Positions 25,275 through 38,576 of a DNA stretch of 64,000 nt are shown one piece after another; position 1 is the stretch's first letter; each line of letters starts with the position of its first letter. Position numbers and translations under genes: made by a program. This DNA is from Octopus bimaculoides. Lineage: Eukaryota. The stretch is from the NCBI RefSeq assembly GCF_001194135.2, contig NC_068981.1, forward strand, positions 35,797,757-35,861,756. The letters run 5' to 3'. The notes beneath the pieces were generated by a model. It did not search any database, was not told where the DNA came from, and saw nothing but the letters and a program-made list of their open reading frames with translations.

Positions 25275-25994
25275 ATTAAAAATGCGAGTGATACATCTTA
25301 TAAATATGTATATTTGCGTGTGCCTGTATTCAGGTGCATTAGATGCTTCGCTGTACAGGAGTCTGAACAGGCTATTTTGCACAAACTAAATGGTGATAAA
25401 CATATGCATTGCATTAAAAACACATGGTTGCACATCAGAGCATGGAGGTAGAGTGTTACATTTGCAAATGCGAGTCGACCAGTAGTACAACCTGTTACTG
25501 AATACAGCATAAAGACAAGCTTTCTTACTCTACACTCAAAGAACATTTTCATCAGTGGCTCTTCCTACTTTAACAACAATAAACTATCTCTGAGTTAGCA
25601 AGGAAACATTTATACAGTTGTGTGATCTGCTAGTAATAGCAGCCAAATCTGTTTCAAATTACATACTTTTTGTCCTAAAAACAGTAAGGATAAATTGTTT
25701 AATGTAGTGCTATATAATTTTTCTTCTTTGTATGTAATTTATAAGGAATAGACCATGACACTAAAAGACTGCTGTGCTGGACCAATCCTCTTCATTACTG
25801 GTCCCTATTTGTGATAAGGTTAATAGCGTCAGTGATTGTAATATTACATTTAGTTAGACCCTCATTAACTTTCCTTATTTGTTGAGGTGTTCAAATATGT
25901 TTGAAACTTAAGAGTGGCCAATATTAGATATTTTTTCTTAGTCTTATGAGAGAAAATGGTTATGAGTAACCTAAGGTTAAATAACTTACAACTA

Positions 25995-26412
25995 CTTGGG
26001 AATTGAGAGCAAGCTAAATTTTACATTTTGCGCTGTTTAGTTTTCAGTTGAAGCTGTTATTTCAAATGTAAATAGAAAACTTTGTTATTTTCCCATCAAT
26101 TCTTTTCAATCCCATTTGTTATTCATATAGAATTTCGAAAATTTTCTTACTTTCCATCATCTTTCATCTAACTTGACATATGTGTTGTTATTTTTATATG
26201 ATTTTCATGCTGTTACTGTTACTTGTAGAGAGTCATATCAATCTGGCATGAGAAGCAATGCTATTCCCTGCTCACTCTTTAATCATCAATCAATTGTCTA
26301 TATGTGTGTATTGAATATTGGAAATATAATAGAAATGAATGAATGCAGTCAAAAGAATAGAATTTCTTCCAATATGCAACACTTAATGACAGTACATTAC
26401 TGAACTACAACA
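25995..26412 (+). repeat. Copy 2 of the ~400 bp dispersed repeat
   Basis: Colinear with 21450-21855, with substitutions and small indels. Confidence 0.9.
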
Positions 26413-28289
26413 TCAGGTCCCAGATACACTTAAAAAAAGTAAACTAATAAAAAATAAAAATAACAACGGCACAATGGTTACAACTTCAGTATCTTTGATT
26501 GATCATATGTCTTCTAGAATAGGAACTGATGTGGGGGCTGAATGACAGTAGCAATTAAGCCATCATGTCATGTTGTTTAGTTTTCATCACAAAGTTTCCA
26601 TATTGGTTTTGTATTAACCATATTTACTTGGAATTTGCATGTTTGCATTATGAAAACATTCTTTCATTCTTTTACTTGTTTCTGTCATTGGACTGTGACT
26701 GATAATGCTCTGTTGTGAAGAAATTCGTTTTGGAGACATGTGATTCCAGATTCAGTCTCACTTTGTGGGACATTGGTCAAGTGTTTTCCAATAGAGCCCT
26801 GGGATGATCACTACCTTGTGAGATTTACTACAGATATAAAAGATCAGGTTGCTAAGTTCGCTGCTGTAAGATGTATGAGCACTACATGAATGATAAGTAA
26901 TTCTCTAATATGCAGTGTTGGGCTAAAATCAGTATATGGTCAACTGTTTAGAAGATGGACACACTAGTAGTATTCAAAACATGGGCAAGACATGCACAAA
27001 ACTGCACCTCAGTGGATGCTTTTAGACTTGTAAAATTATTTAATTAAATTACAATAAAGTACTTCTTTCAAGGATGCATTTTGCTTGTGTTACATAGTCT
27101 GGGATGTTAACCTCATCTTAACTACGGTATTACTTATAGTAGACCATGTAATTTACCAAAATATACCAGTAGCCACAAAACACAATGCGATATAATCACC
27201 AACATGAACATGTTTTATTAGGTGACATGTTATATCATATCGATCCTGTCTATCTATATTTAAGTTTTCAATACAATGTGATTGAAAGTTAGTTTGATTA
27301 CAAGGTATTTTGCTGTTGTTCACTTGGCTGGTGTCAATTTTTGAAGCAAAATTAGAGTATCATAAAAATATCTGTCTGAATTATTGAATTGCGCTGACAT
27401 TTACCACTGGTTCAGGTAATAATAGACACAAAATTATTTATTTGAGGAATTCTTAAGAAAAGATTTTCCATTACTGTATTTATTGTTAACTTCATTTGTT
27501 ATTGCTTTCGTTATCTTCGACAAGTTTGGATCAAAATAATCCTTAGTTATATTTGGTAGTTATGGTTTGTTCTGCTTCTTCTGTATATGACTGCATAAGC
27601 CACAACTTGACAAATTCATTAGTTTGCACACATATGTTTATGAGAAATATATATACATATACGTGTGTATGTGTATTATATATATGTGTATATATATAAC
27701 AATAACACAAACATATACCTACTTACATATATATATATACATACATATACATATACATACATACACATACATACATAAATGCAGAAGGAAGAAAAGAATG
27801 ACCCTTTTGCTAGATATATTTTCAGAGAAGTTCTTGGTGGTGATGTTTATAGGAAGGAAGAGTAGAAATAAACCTATAATCTAGATGTATTTCTCAACCT
27901 ACTATTAGCCACAGGCCACAACTGTAGTTGGAACAAGACTAAAAAGAAAGTGAAATTACGATGAAATAGTACTTTACATAGAGACATCAATATGAAAGAA
28001 CATGTCTGGAAAGGATGGAAGAAATGAGGGTACAGGGAATAATATCAGACAGATAAAGTATGTGTAGCAAGAAAAAAGTAAGAGGCTTGGAAATTTTCTA
28101 TGAAGTGAGTATCAGTGGAGTAAGATGTTTTGGATACAAAGTAGCATGTCAATATGAATCAAGATGTTCTCGACGAAAAGTATTTCAGGAAACGAAATAT
28201 TACTATGAGAGGTTGCAGAATGTAAAGAATGTTTGGGAGGAAAAAAGACTGCCAAAAGAATGACTAACTTTTGAAACTGATAGATATAT

Positions 28290-29527
28290 AGACAAAATTC
28301 GGATTACAAATACGAAGCTCCTCTATGCTGATGACCTTGCTCTTATTGCTGAATCACTACCAGAACTAGAGAAGCAATTTCAAGTGTGGAAGCAAGGTCT
28401 GAAATTAAAGAGCCTTAGATTTAATTTAGCAAAGACCAAAGTCCAAGTAAGCAAGAAAAGTCAACTCACTGATCCCTACAAGGAAATTGCCCTGGTCAAG
28501 ATGTAGAAATGGTGTCAGGAGAAACTCCATACGGTGTACCCAGTGCAAGCTATGGACACATAAGTGATGCAGTGGTATCACAGGAAGATTAACAGGGAAA
28601 GCAGTCATTGTGTGTGGCAGATGTGTAAGTATATTAAACACTAGGAATGTACAGAAAGTACAATCACTCAAATGTCTGGGGTATCCTTAGAAGTAGAAGA
28701 TAGTTTCTATTACTTAGGTGGCTAAGTTAGCAGTGGAGAAGGTAGTTCTGAAAGCATAATTGCTAAAATAAGAATGAGCTGGGCAAAGTTCAGAGAGCAG
28801 CTACCTTTGTTAGTAACAAAAGGCCTCTCCTTCAGAGTGAAAGGAAGCTTGTATGATGTTGTATATGAACTGCTATGCTACATGGCAGTGAGACATGAGT
28901 TGTGACTGCAGAGAACATGTGAAGGCTTGAAAGAAATGAACTCAATATGCTCCACTGGACAAGTAATATCAGTGTGCACGTAAGACAGAGCGTAAGTGAT
29001 TTGGGAGAAAAATTGGATATACGAAGCATCAGATGTAATGTGCAATAGAGAAAACTGAGTTGATATGGTCATGTGGTGCATATGGCTGAGGACAACTGCA
29101 TCAAGAAGTACTGATCTCTAATTGTCATAGAAATGTGTGGAAAGGATCGACCCAGAAAGACATGGGATGAAGTGGTGAGAAAGGACCTTCAAACTTTGGG
29201 CCTCACAGAGGAGATGACAAAAGACAGAGACTTCTGGTGGCTTGCTGTGCTTGAGGAGACATGTCAAGCTAAGTAAAATTGTGGCTGTCCACACATACAG
29301 ACATGTCCTCTACATTCCTCTCTCAGCAGAGCGGTCCTAGTTTTGTGGGGTTGTGGGGGCTGGTATCATGTAGAAGTGCCCATGCTGGTGCTACATAAAA
29401 GTGGTCATAATGGTGCCATGTAAAAGTACCTGTGCCAGTGCTACATAAAAAACACCCAATATACTGTGAAGTAGTTGGCATTAGAAAGGGCATCCAGCTG
29501 TAGAAAACATGCCAACGTAGACATGAA

Positions 29528-29570
<43 letters not shown>

Positions 29571-29790
29571 GGTGCTGAAAAGTTCCTGGCTTTGGGTAAA
29601 AAAGAAAATACTAGAGAATTAGTTAATTATGATTTTATTCAATATATTTCTTAGATTCACACACTTATTGCAGCAATCCTTCAGTTTTTCTAAGTCCTGT
29701 AAAAGCCTGTGTGAAACCATCCAACCTATATCAGTATGGAAAATGAAGTTAAATGATGATCATGATGATGATTGATGATGATGATCATGA
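28290..29790 (+). mobile_element. 3' part of an RTE-clade LINE, decayed, tail interrupted at 29531-29704
   Basis: KLLYADDLALIAESLPELEKQFQVWKQGL..LRFNLAKTKV (RT YADD); Cys-rich RCRNGVRRNSIRCTQCKLWTHK; KFREQLPLLVTKGLSFRVKG; YGHVVHM...KDRPRKTWDEVVRKDLQTLGLTEEMTKDRDFW; 3' UTR gtgccatgtaaaag repeats; gggcatccagctgtagaaa; tail resumes aaaccatccaacc...atggaaaatgaagttaaa(tga)n. Confidence 0.9.
29565..29704 (+). mobile_element. Mariner-like terminal fragment / MITE inserted at (TA)n
   Basis: Starts after (TA)n with tgagagggtgctgaaaagttcctggctt, a mariner-type TIR; no partner TIR seen. Confidence 0.6.
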
Positions 29791-30055
29791 TGATACGTAC
29801 ATATAAATATATGTGTGCATGTGTGTGTGTATTTAGATAATGGCACTTACCAGACTAGTATTCAGGATTTTGAAATCATCATATAACAACACATTAATGT
29901 ATATACATATACATTAATGAATTAAATAGGAACTAGTTAAGATGTAGTGTAAGTAATATTATTTAGTATATTTTGTAAACCATATAATTTAAAAGATAAA
30001 ATGTGACATCTACCTTGAAGGGATTCAATTCACAAATTATATTTATATGTGTGTA

Positions 30056-30105
<50 letters not shown>

Positions 30106-30957
30106 AATATATATCGTTATGTGTGTAATATATGTATGTGTGTTTATATGTAATTTATGTATGTATATATGTATATAATATGCATATACAAACACATATA
30201 TTTGTAAATATATACATTGAGAGAGAGAGAGAGGGGGGGGACAGAAGCCAGTCAATGATTTTACTCTATCTTTCTCCTGAGTTTTTCAACACACACACAG
30301 AGTATGTTTATATGCTCCTTCAGATGATATAGTGGCTGTGGAATATGATTACTGTTATATTTGTATGTAGAGTTGTAAGCTTAGTTTTCATTGTTTAAAT
30401 CTGGTCAGTCAGTTGAGCGTGTTGCAGTTTGCAGGCCCACTTTGCCAGTGTTAATGTGGTTTAGAGAGGTGAAATAGGGTTGTCACCTTAAGGGCAATTA
30501 TTCTGCAAAAGCTGACTGAAACTAGCTGAAGCTGATAAGTTTTATGCATTGCAATGTTTGGGCATTAGGAATTTTTCAAGCAGAATATTTACCACTGAGA
30601 GCAATTGGGTAACACTTTTGATCACCTGTTAAGAGATGTCTCAGATTACCTCAGGAAATAGTGCTTTTCAGTTTGATAAGTTCTACAGTTCTGTGCCTCT
30701 TTGAATGTATGGATTGACTCTGTGAATGAAGTCCCATTGTGTTGGAGGGCATGTTCTGCAGCAAACTCAGCAACTCTGGTATAAACTTAGTTTACATGGT
30801 CATGATATATAACTGTTACTTGATTAATCTAATATTAAGGTGTTATTCATCTTTTTTAGGAGAGTTTCAGGTCTACTACTGTTAGTATTGTATATGGAAA
30901 TTAATTTCATAGTTAATGCTTGTGATATATTATTTCCAATTTTACATGTCTGATCTG

Positions 30958-31047
30958 TTTTTATCCATTTTTCTATTTGTTTTATCCATTTTTGTTTTAT
31001 CCATTTTTATCCATATTTCTATTTGTTTTATCCATTTTTCTATTTGT
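30958..31047. repeat. Short degenerate tandem repeat, unit about ttttatccatttttctatttg
   Basis: ttttatccat recurs five times, with tttctatttg spacers of variable length. Confidence 0.85.
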
Positions 31048-31585
31048 AAAATATCAAAAATCATTTGAGTATTTAAAACCTCATTATTCTTTATTTTTAA
31101 TGAGAATGCAAAAACCATAGTGAATACAAAAGGTCAATGATAATAATCAGATGATAGAAACGTTGGCTGTTACATGCAAAAATGGTAAAGACATTGATTA
31201 TAATAGGCAATGAGGATATATATGACATGACAGATAGGTTCCAATGAAGCAATGTTCACAATGAGAAAGCATAGTCCAAATGGAATGCTAATTGCTTGAC
31301 GAAACTTGTGTCATACACAGTTCTCAAAGTAGTTTTCTCCAGACATTTCAAATCTGAAGTCAGTTTCAGTTAATGCTTTGACTCAAACTGAAACACTGAA
31401 TGTCTATTGGGGTAACCACAACAACATGCTAGGTAAAGATCCTATTCATTAATGCAAATGTGCTTAACTATCTCTTTATGTGAGGTACATCAGTCATCTA
31501 CACCAGTTCATCAAACATCAATGTAGAAACAGTAACTATTATATTAATAAAATAGTTATTGTGCTTAAAACCAGAAAATCACTTG

Positions 31586-31790
31586 ATCTAGTTATAACAA
31601 ACTAGAAGAAATCTAGTTATAACAAATTAGAAGTAATTTAGAAGTGTAACAGAACACACTAAAATCAATCTAGTTATAAGAAACAAGAAGCAATCTTATA
31701 ATAAACTAGTAGCAAACTAATTATAATAAAGTAGAGGCAATTTTGTTAAAATAAACTAGAAAATTGTCTAAAGCAAACTAAGAGCAACCT
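31586..31790. repeat. Degenerate ~25 bp minisatellite (atctagttataacaaactagaagaa)
   Basis: Near-identical units at 31586, 31611 and 31668, with progressively diverged units downstream. Confidence 0.75.
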
Positions 31791-32231
31791 TGTTTTAAGG
31801 ATACCAGTTCTGCTTTTGCTTAAGCCATGCCAGCATGGAAAACAATTATTAACAGATATTAAAATTAAATGAGTGAAGTGTGGGTGTGCTATAAAATGAA
31901 GAAACTATTTCTGGTAAACCAGCATGGCTGAAAATAGAAACAGTGTTGTCTGAATGGAGGTAAGATTACTGGAATATCAGATCAAATTTAAAATTACTTG
32001 CCACTAATTTCAATATCATTAGACCATCATCATCCATGATATTGTGAAGACAACTATTTTGTGCACTATCTTTAATGTGGTTGGTAAAGAAGAAATTTGT
32101 ATAAGTTTATAGATTTGAAAAAGTAATGGCTCAAAATCTTTGTCAATTACTGTTTTAGATATAGCTTTAATCTGTAATAAATTGAAATATTAACAGCAAG
32201 AAAGTTAGGAGATAGCAAATTTGTCTCTTAC

Positions 32232-32516
32232 CTTTTACTGTTAGATTTGCTTTTGACATTTTCATGTCCATGTCCAGTATTACCATACAGGTATAAACAC
32301 CTGCATCTTGAAAAGTAACAGATTGTATTGTTATGTTTGTTTTTAGTTCATTTGTTTTGTATTTTTCAGTGTTTGTCAAATTAAGTATTACATCATTGTG
32401 TTTCCACTTAATTTCAAACTTCTTTAGTTCTAATGAATTTGGCATACATACAAAGTTTGTGTCTTCTCCGACATTTGCCACTTTGCTCTCTGGTTTGTTC
32501 TCAATATTCAAGTATG
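32232..32516 (-). CDS. Internal coding exon encoding one immunoglobulin (I-set-like) domain of an extracellular Ig-superfamily protein
   Basis: Minus-strand acceptor cacttttttctttctttcttgcag| (AG at 32518-32517) and donor AAAG|gtaagag (GT at 32231-32230). The exon is 285 nt (95 codons), phase 1 at both ends, open frame xYLNIENKPESKVANVGEDTNFVC...IKWKHN...ITIQSVTFQDAGVYTCMVILDMDMKMSKANLTVK(G). It has the B-strand Cys, C-strand Trp and D-x-G-x-Y-x-C motif, plus three N-x-T sequons. Confidence 0.92.
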
Positions 32517-35500
32517 CTGCAAGAAAGAAAGAAAAAAGTGTTGTTAAAATATTTTAAAATTTAGAGGGTTTAATTAAGGGAAGAACAAAATAAAGACATT
32601 TAAATGACATAATTTGAGTGGTCTAAGAGTGTATAAGGACAATGATCATGAAGATAGAAATATTAGTAACAACTGAGTATTTCTTTAGCTTAAACATATT
32701 TAAAAACTATGTCTTTGAGATGATTTATGCTAGTATCATGGAGAATACACCTGTAAACATTTTGAGACCTTCTTTAAATGTCCTTAGACATTATGGGAGA
32801 AAACCTGAACTTTTCTCTGCCAGAATAGTATGCAAAAATCATGAGTGAAGTAAGTCAAACTGCTCGAATAAAAGGTCGTAGATTAGTGCATATTATAAAT
32901 TAAACTGAATTTTGAATATGCAAAAATTTATGGAAACAATTTTTTGATCAGAAAAAATTCTTCATGCGAAAACTGAAAATGTTTCCGTGTGAAGAATTTA
33001 TTAATTCAAATGCTATATGAATGAATAAATTATGTGATGTTTTCTATGATTTTTGTTGAACATGATATATGGATCAGTTGCTGCACAAGTATATATGGTA
33101 CAGTTTTATAACTAAAAATGTCATGTCATGAAAATTATATAAATTTTATATAATAAAATTAAGGTTACACTGGAGGCTAGGTTTTGTGATTTTATATTCA
33201 AATGCAAGAACTGCACTGTATCTCTGGGGAAGGCAATAAGCTCTGCATGTGCTATTGCTGGAAAAATGTTGTACTGTGTCGAATAAAGTTATCTTGTAAC
33301 CAATGATTTTATACAATGTTAGCAATGTTACAATGTCTTCATTCATATTTCCTTAGCAGCTGTGACAGGTTTTTATAGGCTGGTGTTTCGTTATATTGAG
33401 TAAATGTGATGTAAATATCCCTTTGGATTAGAAACTAGTCTATTTCAAGTACCATTTCCAGATGATCTCATGTGTATTCCAACAACTAGGAGAACTGTGG
33501 AATGTAGAAGAAAATCTTTTATCTAAATACATAACAAACTGAACTGGTAGTCTGATGCCATATCCTTTTAGACAGTCCTTTAGATATAAAAGTATTATGT
33601 ATTTATGATAGGTCTGGAAAATTCTGACAAAGGTTCTAAAAATTACTGAGTTAGTAAGAACCAAATGCATTACAGTTTCTTCCCATTTTGTTTTTGGTTC
33701 AAATTCTACTTGAATTTATATTTAATCGATCCAGATTCCAGATTTGATGAAATAAGAATCAGTGGTATACCTCAACACATAAATTTACATAATTTTGAAT
33801 TATTATACTGAAACAAGATCTCAAAATTTTTAAGGAAGGGAAGAAACAAATGTTTAGCTGATCATGTATTTCTGACTGCTTTATTGATTGAAACAGAAGT
33901 GAAATTACAAGAGCTAAAAAACAAAACTTGACAGTGAATTGAGTTTGCTAGGATCTACAATTAAAATAAACCTGATTGGTCTCAGAAAGTTGGCAAACCA
34001 ATAAGCACACCTACTCTCACCAGACTAAGCCAATAAACAAAAAGAGCATTTCTCAACATTACATTATGAAAATATATTAAAAATTAGAGATAATTTTTGT
34101 GTTGTATTTTCTAGTATTTTGCATGGTATATTCAGCTTCTGGTGAGTTGAGTTAATGGTGTGACTTTAATTTCTTGAAAACATTTCACTTTGCTTGTGAA
34201 AAGTATGAATTACAAATTCTGTTTTCTCCTCTAAAATATGGGACTTTTTTTTATCTTTCAAAAGGAAATCAATTTTACAAATTCTTGTGAAGCAATGAAA
34301 ATGGTCTTGTTCTAGTAAGAAATTCTTACAAAACACTATTAAAATGTAAATTACTATACTAAATGCATGGTGGTAGAAAACTAGTTCCTGTATAAACATA
34401 ATTTTAGTAATGCCATCAAACTAGTTTTATATGAGCAAAATAAAAAGATACTGAAAATAAAGATATATAAGAAAATGTCATTCTTTAAACACTGAAATAG
34501 ACTGGGAGAATGATAAATGTGTGTGTGTGTTTTACATAGTCATAAAATTTATAGAAATAAAATCTGACTAGGTGATGCTGTTGTCTTTCTCAAGAGCAAT
34601 AGCAATGCAAGTAATGTGAATAGCTAAAAGGAAGAACGAAAACAAGGCATACACTTATTTTGCAATAAGTTTACTCTCTTCTCTAATACTTTCTGTGTTA
34701 TAGATAAATATAAAGTAGAGACACTCTGTCTAAGTAAGAGGCTGGGAGTCAGTTCAATCTACCATTGAAAGCACATTGCATCTTTGGGTTTACATAAATT
34801 ATTTTATTCAATCTTCCATGTTGAAAATAGGAAATGCTATCTCGGCTTAGGAAAATCTTAAGGATTTAGACCAAAAGAAAAAAAAAAGAAAAAAGTAGTA
34901 TATGAGGTTGCAGGGAAAACATACACTCTGACAGTCCATGCAAATATATGAATTTGTAGAATAATCTAATTCATGTTGAAATGAAACTATAGATTTAAAT
35001 TATCTTAAAGAAAATTATTCAATATATAAACTTAGTAAGTTAAACAGCAATTTCTTACTGAGAAAAACAATTTCTTTAAAAATTTAAGGCCAAAAATAAA
35101 CTAGATAAAAGCCAACATGTTCAAGTTCAATTAAAGCCCAAATGAAATACACAAGAGGACTTTCTAAATGGAAATTATTCTGCTGAAATTTATTCCTTAT
35201 TATGGTAGTTAATTATTTTAATTTCTGTTCTTGCCATTAAACTTCATAAATATATACGTAATGAAGTTTACATACATACATGCATGCATGTATGCATGCA
35301 TACATGCATACATGTATCCATCCATCCATCCATACATACATACACATATATACACATACATGCATGCATGCTTGCATAAGTTAGTTGCAGTATATATCTA
35401 TTGCTAAACATATCTGTGTGACAGTACTAACAATGCAATGTGTATCTGTTTGTGCCTTATCTTTCTGAATATGTTTTTCCATTTATGCCTTTATGTTGTA

Positions 35501-37759
35501 TATATTCATTTGATTATGCAGTATTTTATATATTTATTCTTAGTCTGTGTATTGTGCTTCTTATGCATGCTTGCACATGCACACATGCATACACAAACAC
35601 ATACATACTCATTTGCATTTATGTTGTTTGTATATGCTTGCACAAATTATGTATATGATCGAGGAATGGAAATGTTTCGACATAGTTTGTAGCATTTATG
35701 TTTTATATTTGTGTATGTGTGAGTATGTGAGCATGTGTGCATGTGTATGTGTTTTGTCTTCATTTATTCCCAAGTGTTCATTGTCTGTGCAGTAATGAAG
35801 TTTAGGCTGACAAGCAACATCACACAGAGTACATGACTTGACTGATAAAGTAGCCAGTGTATTTTGTGAACATTCATGTATGCACAACATTGCTAGCTGG
35901 TGTAAATAATCTGGCAGGAGACCAGAAAATCCAGGTAAAATTGGAACTAAATTCAGCATGAGCTGAGTTATTGGATGGAAGAGTGAGAGTTTTGTTGAAC
36001 CACACAGCAAATGAAGAGAAGATAGTTTAGTAGTTAAAGAACAATGAGAGCATGGCAGAAAAGCAGGAATTCTAGGAAGACAGATGGATAATGAATGAGA
36101 AACTAAGAAGGGACATACAAATAAAAACAAAGAAAAGGGAAAATGTGAATGCAGTAAATGTTGTGGGGAGGGTAAGATAAATGTATGTGAAGGAGGAGAT
36201 ATTTTGCATTTCTTGCCAAAGAAAGTAAAATAAATATACATATAAATAAAAAATAAAAATAACAAATAAAAATCAGTAGCAACAACAATAGAAACAACAA
36301 AAAAATTAGTAAAACAGAAATGATGATGATGATGAAGATGATAATAATAATAATAATAATAATGATGATGATGATAATAATAATATCCAAATACAAATGT
36401 GATTTTAACATGCTGGCTGTGTTTCTATAATATTTTTCTGTTCGTTCACACTTGTTTTACAACAGCTTGTACAGTTACTTCTGATATACAGAGTTATATA
36501 TTGTGGTTATATATTGCGATTGCACTGTGTTTCTCTGCTTCTCTATTTTCATCTCACCACAGCTCATACATCTACTTGTGATATATAAAATATGATAATG
36601 GAAAATTTCTTGCCATCCATTGCTGTATGTGTCAATAAATCTTTAACTTTCTTTTATAACTCTATGAAATGGCTAACCAATATTCTGCACATATGTGTAT
36701 GTCTTTCATATGTGAGAATGTGTTGGGAAGTCAGATGGGAGGGGGTGCAGATGTGATGTAAGTACAGCAAAGTTATGTTTAAATATGTTTTAGAAATTAA
36801 ACTGGCTATGGGAAATATATTATCAATTTATCACCCAGCAATATATCTTCCCTGCAGCCATATGGTAAGTTTTAAAATAAATGATATTTTTTGGTGTGCT
36901 TACTTTATTATATGATTCTTTTTATTATTTTCCACTTTTAAAAGCTAGAAAATATTATTATTGTTTTTCTTTTAAAAATAAATTCTTTAATAAATAAAAG
37001 AACAAGTTTAGTACTTTCTGGAAATTTATCAATATTAACATTTCATATCTGAATTTCTGTGTTGTTTTTAAAATATTTAAGTTTTTCCTGGAGATTTGCT
37101 TTCATCAATATCAATGTGGGAAATAATATTATCTCAGTTGTATTGCATTGGATCTGTTGTTGATTTTAGTTAATTAAATTGATTTAGAGAATAGAGGTGA
37201 ATGAAATGAGTATGTTCAAGAGAGTGCAGAATGTTAACCTATGAATAAAATTTATCACAAGTAGATTATCAATGATACAGTGTGATCATACATTGATCAA
37301 TGACTTTGTACAAGTCATTGATGAATTTAGATAGGAGAGATAACTACACAAGGATATATATTCATTTCGTTTTTACATCAATTTTCCATGCTAGTATGGG
37401 TTAGAAGAGTATATTATTTAGGTATTCTTTTACAGCTGCACACTCCTCTTCCTGTTGCTAACCCTCACATGTTTTTCCGGTAAGGAAGGATCGAAATGTG
37501 TATGTAGGTGTGTGTGTATGTGTGCATGTGCACGTATGTGCATGTGTGTGTGAGTGTGCTAGTGCATATGTATATATGTATACTTGTGCATATGCATGTA
37601 TGTATATCTATCTCATTTTCTTATCTTATCTTATTTTATCTTATACCCATAGTCTGGAAATTTTTTGTCACACATCTGTGACCTCGTCAGTGACTCTTCT
37701 ATCCACGTGTATCCCCCTGTTCTGTTTTACCCATGGACTAAATTGAAAGCGCTGTTATT

Positions 37760-37900
37760 TGAATAAGAGTAGGATGTTCGGAGAGCTATTACCTCTGTTG
37801 GCAACAAAAGGCCTCTCTCTCAGGCAGATTGTTTGATGTTTGTGTATGAATGGTTATGCTCCATGCTAGTGAGATTCAGGCCCTGAATGCAAAGGACGCA
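37760..37900 (+). mobile_element. RTE LINE internal fragment
   Basis: FGELLPLLATKGLSLR...MVMLHASEI, homologous to 28785-28900. Confidence 0.7.
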
Positions 37901-38319
37901 CAAAAACTCCTCCACTCCTGCAGCCCAACACTGCTCTGCCATCATTCTCTCCTGTCCTCACCCCAGCCAGCTTTAACACTGCTGCCCTGTCACTCCTTAT
38001 ATACTTGTGTTTCACCACTCACTGCATTTCCACTCCATTTGCACTCTTGTGAACACCCTGTTCATGCACCTTTTCCAGTCCTCTACCACTCCATTAACAT
38101 TTACCTCCTTGTACTTTGAGGGTCCAACCTGGCACATTACCATCTCTCTCCTGCTCTGTCTGTCTGACTGTCTCTGGTTGGGGTAACCATGTATAGCCTC
38201 TACAGTCAGACATTTTTTCTGTCTCTGTATCATAGTTAAACCTCTCATCACTTGGCATAAATCCACCACACTTAATATCATTCCCTGTCTCAGTTGACGG
38301 ATCTTTGTCTTGCAAAAAT

Positions 38320-38535
38320 TATTTGGTGACCTTGCCCATGCTGATACTATATAAAAAGCACCCAGGACACTCTGTAAAGTGGTTGGCATTAGGAAAGGAT
38401 CCAACTGTGGAAACCATGCCAAAGCAGACAGTGGAGCTTGATGCAGTCCTTGAGTTTGCCAGCTCCTGTCAAACCATTCCAACCCATGCTGGTATGGAAG
38501 ATAGTTATTAAATATATGAAATGATAAAGATGATG
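38320..38535 (+). mobile_element. RTE LINE 3' UTR/tail
   Basis: cactctgtaaagtggttggcattaggaaaggatccaactgtggaaaccatgcc...ccaacccatgctggtatggaa...(gat)n. Confidence 0.8.
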
Positions 38536-38539
38536 ATAA

Positions 38540-38576
<37 letters not shown>

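Noticed and set aside
35696-36265. 189-aa minus-strand ORF containing TLATLSVK
   Set aside because: Low-complexity pyrimidine-rich start, no Ig Cys/Trp/Y-x-C pattern, no convincing splice pair.
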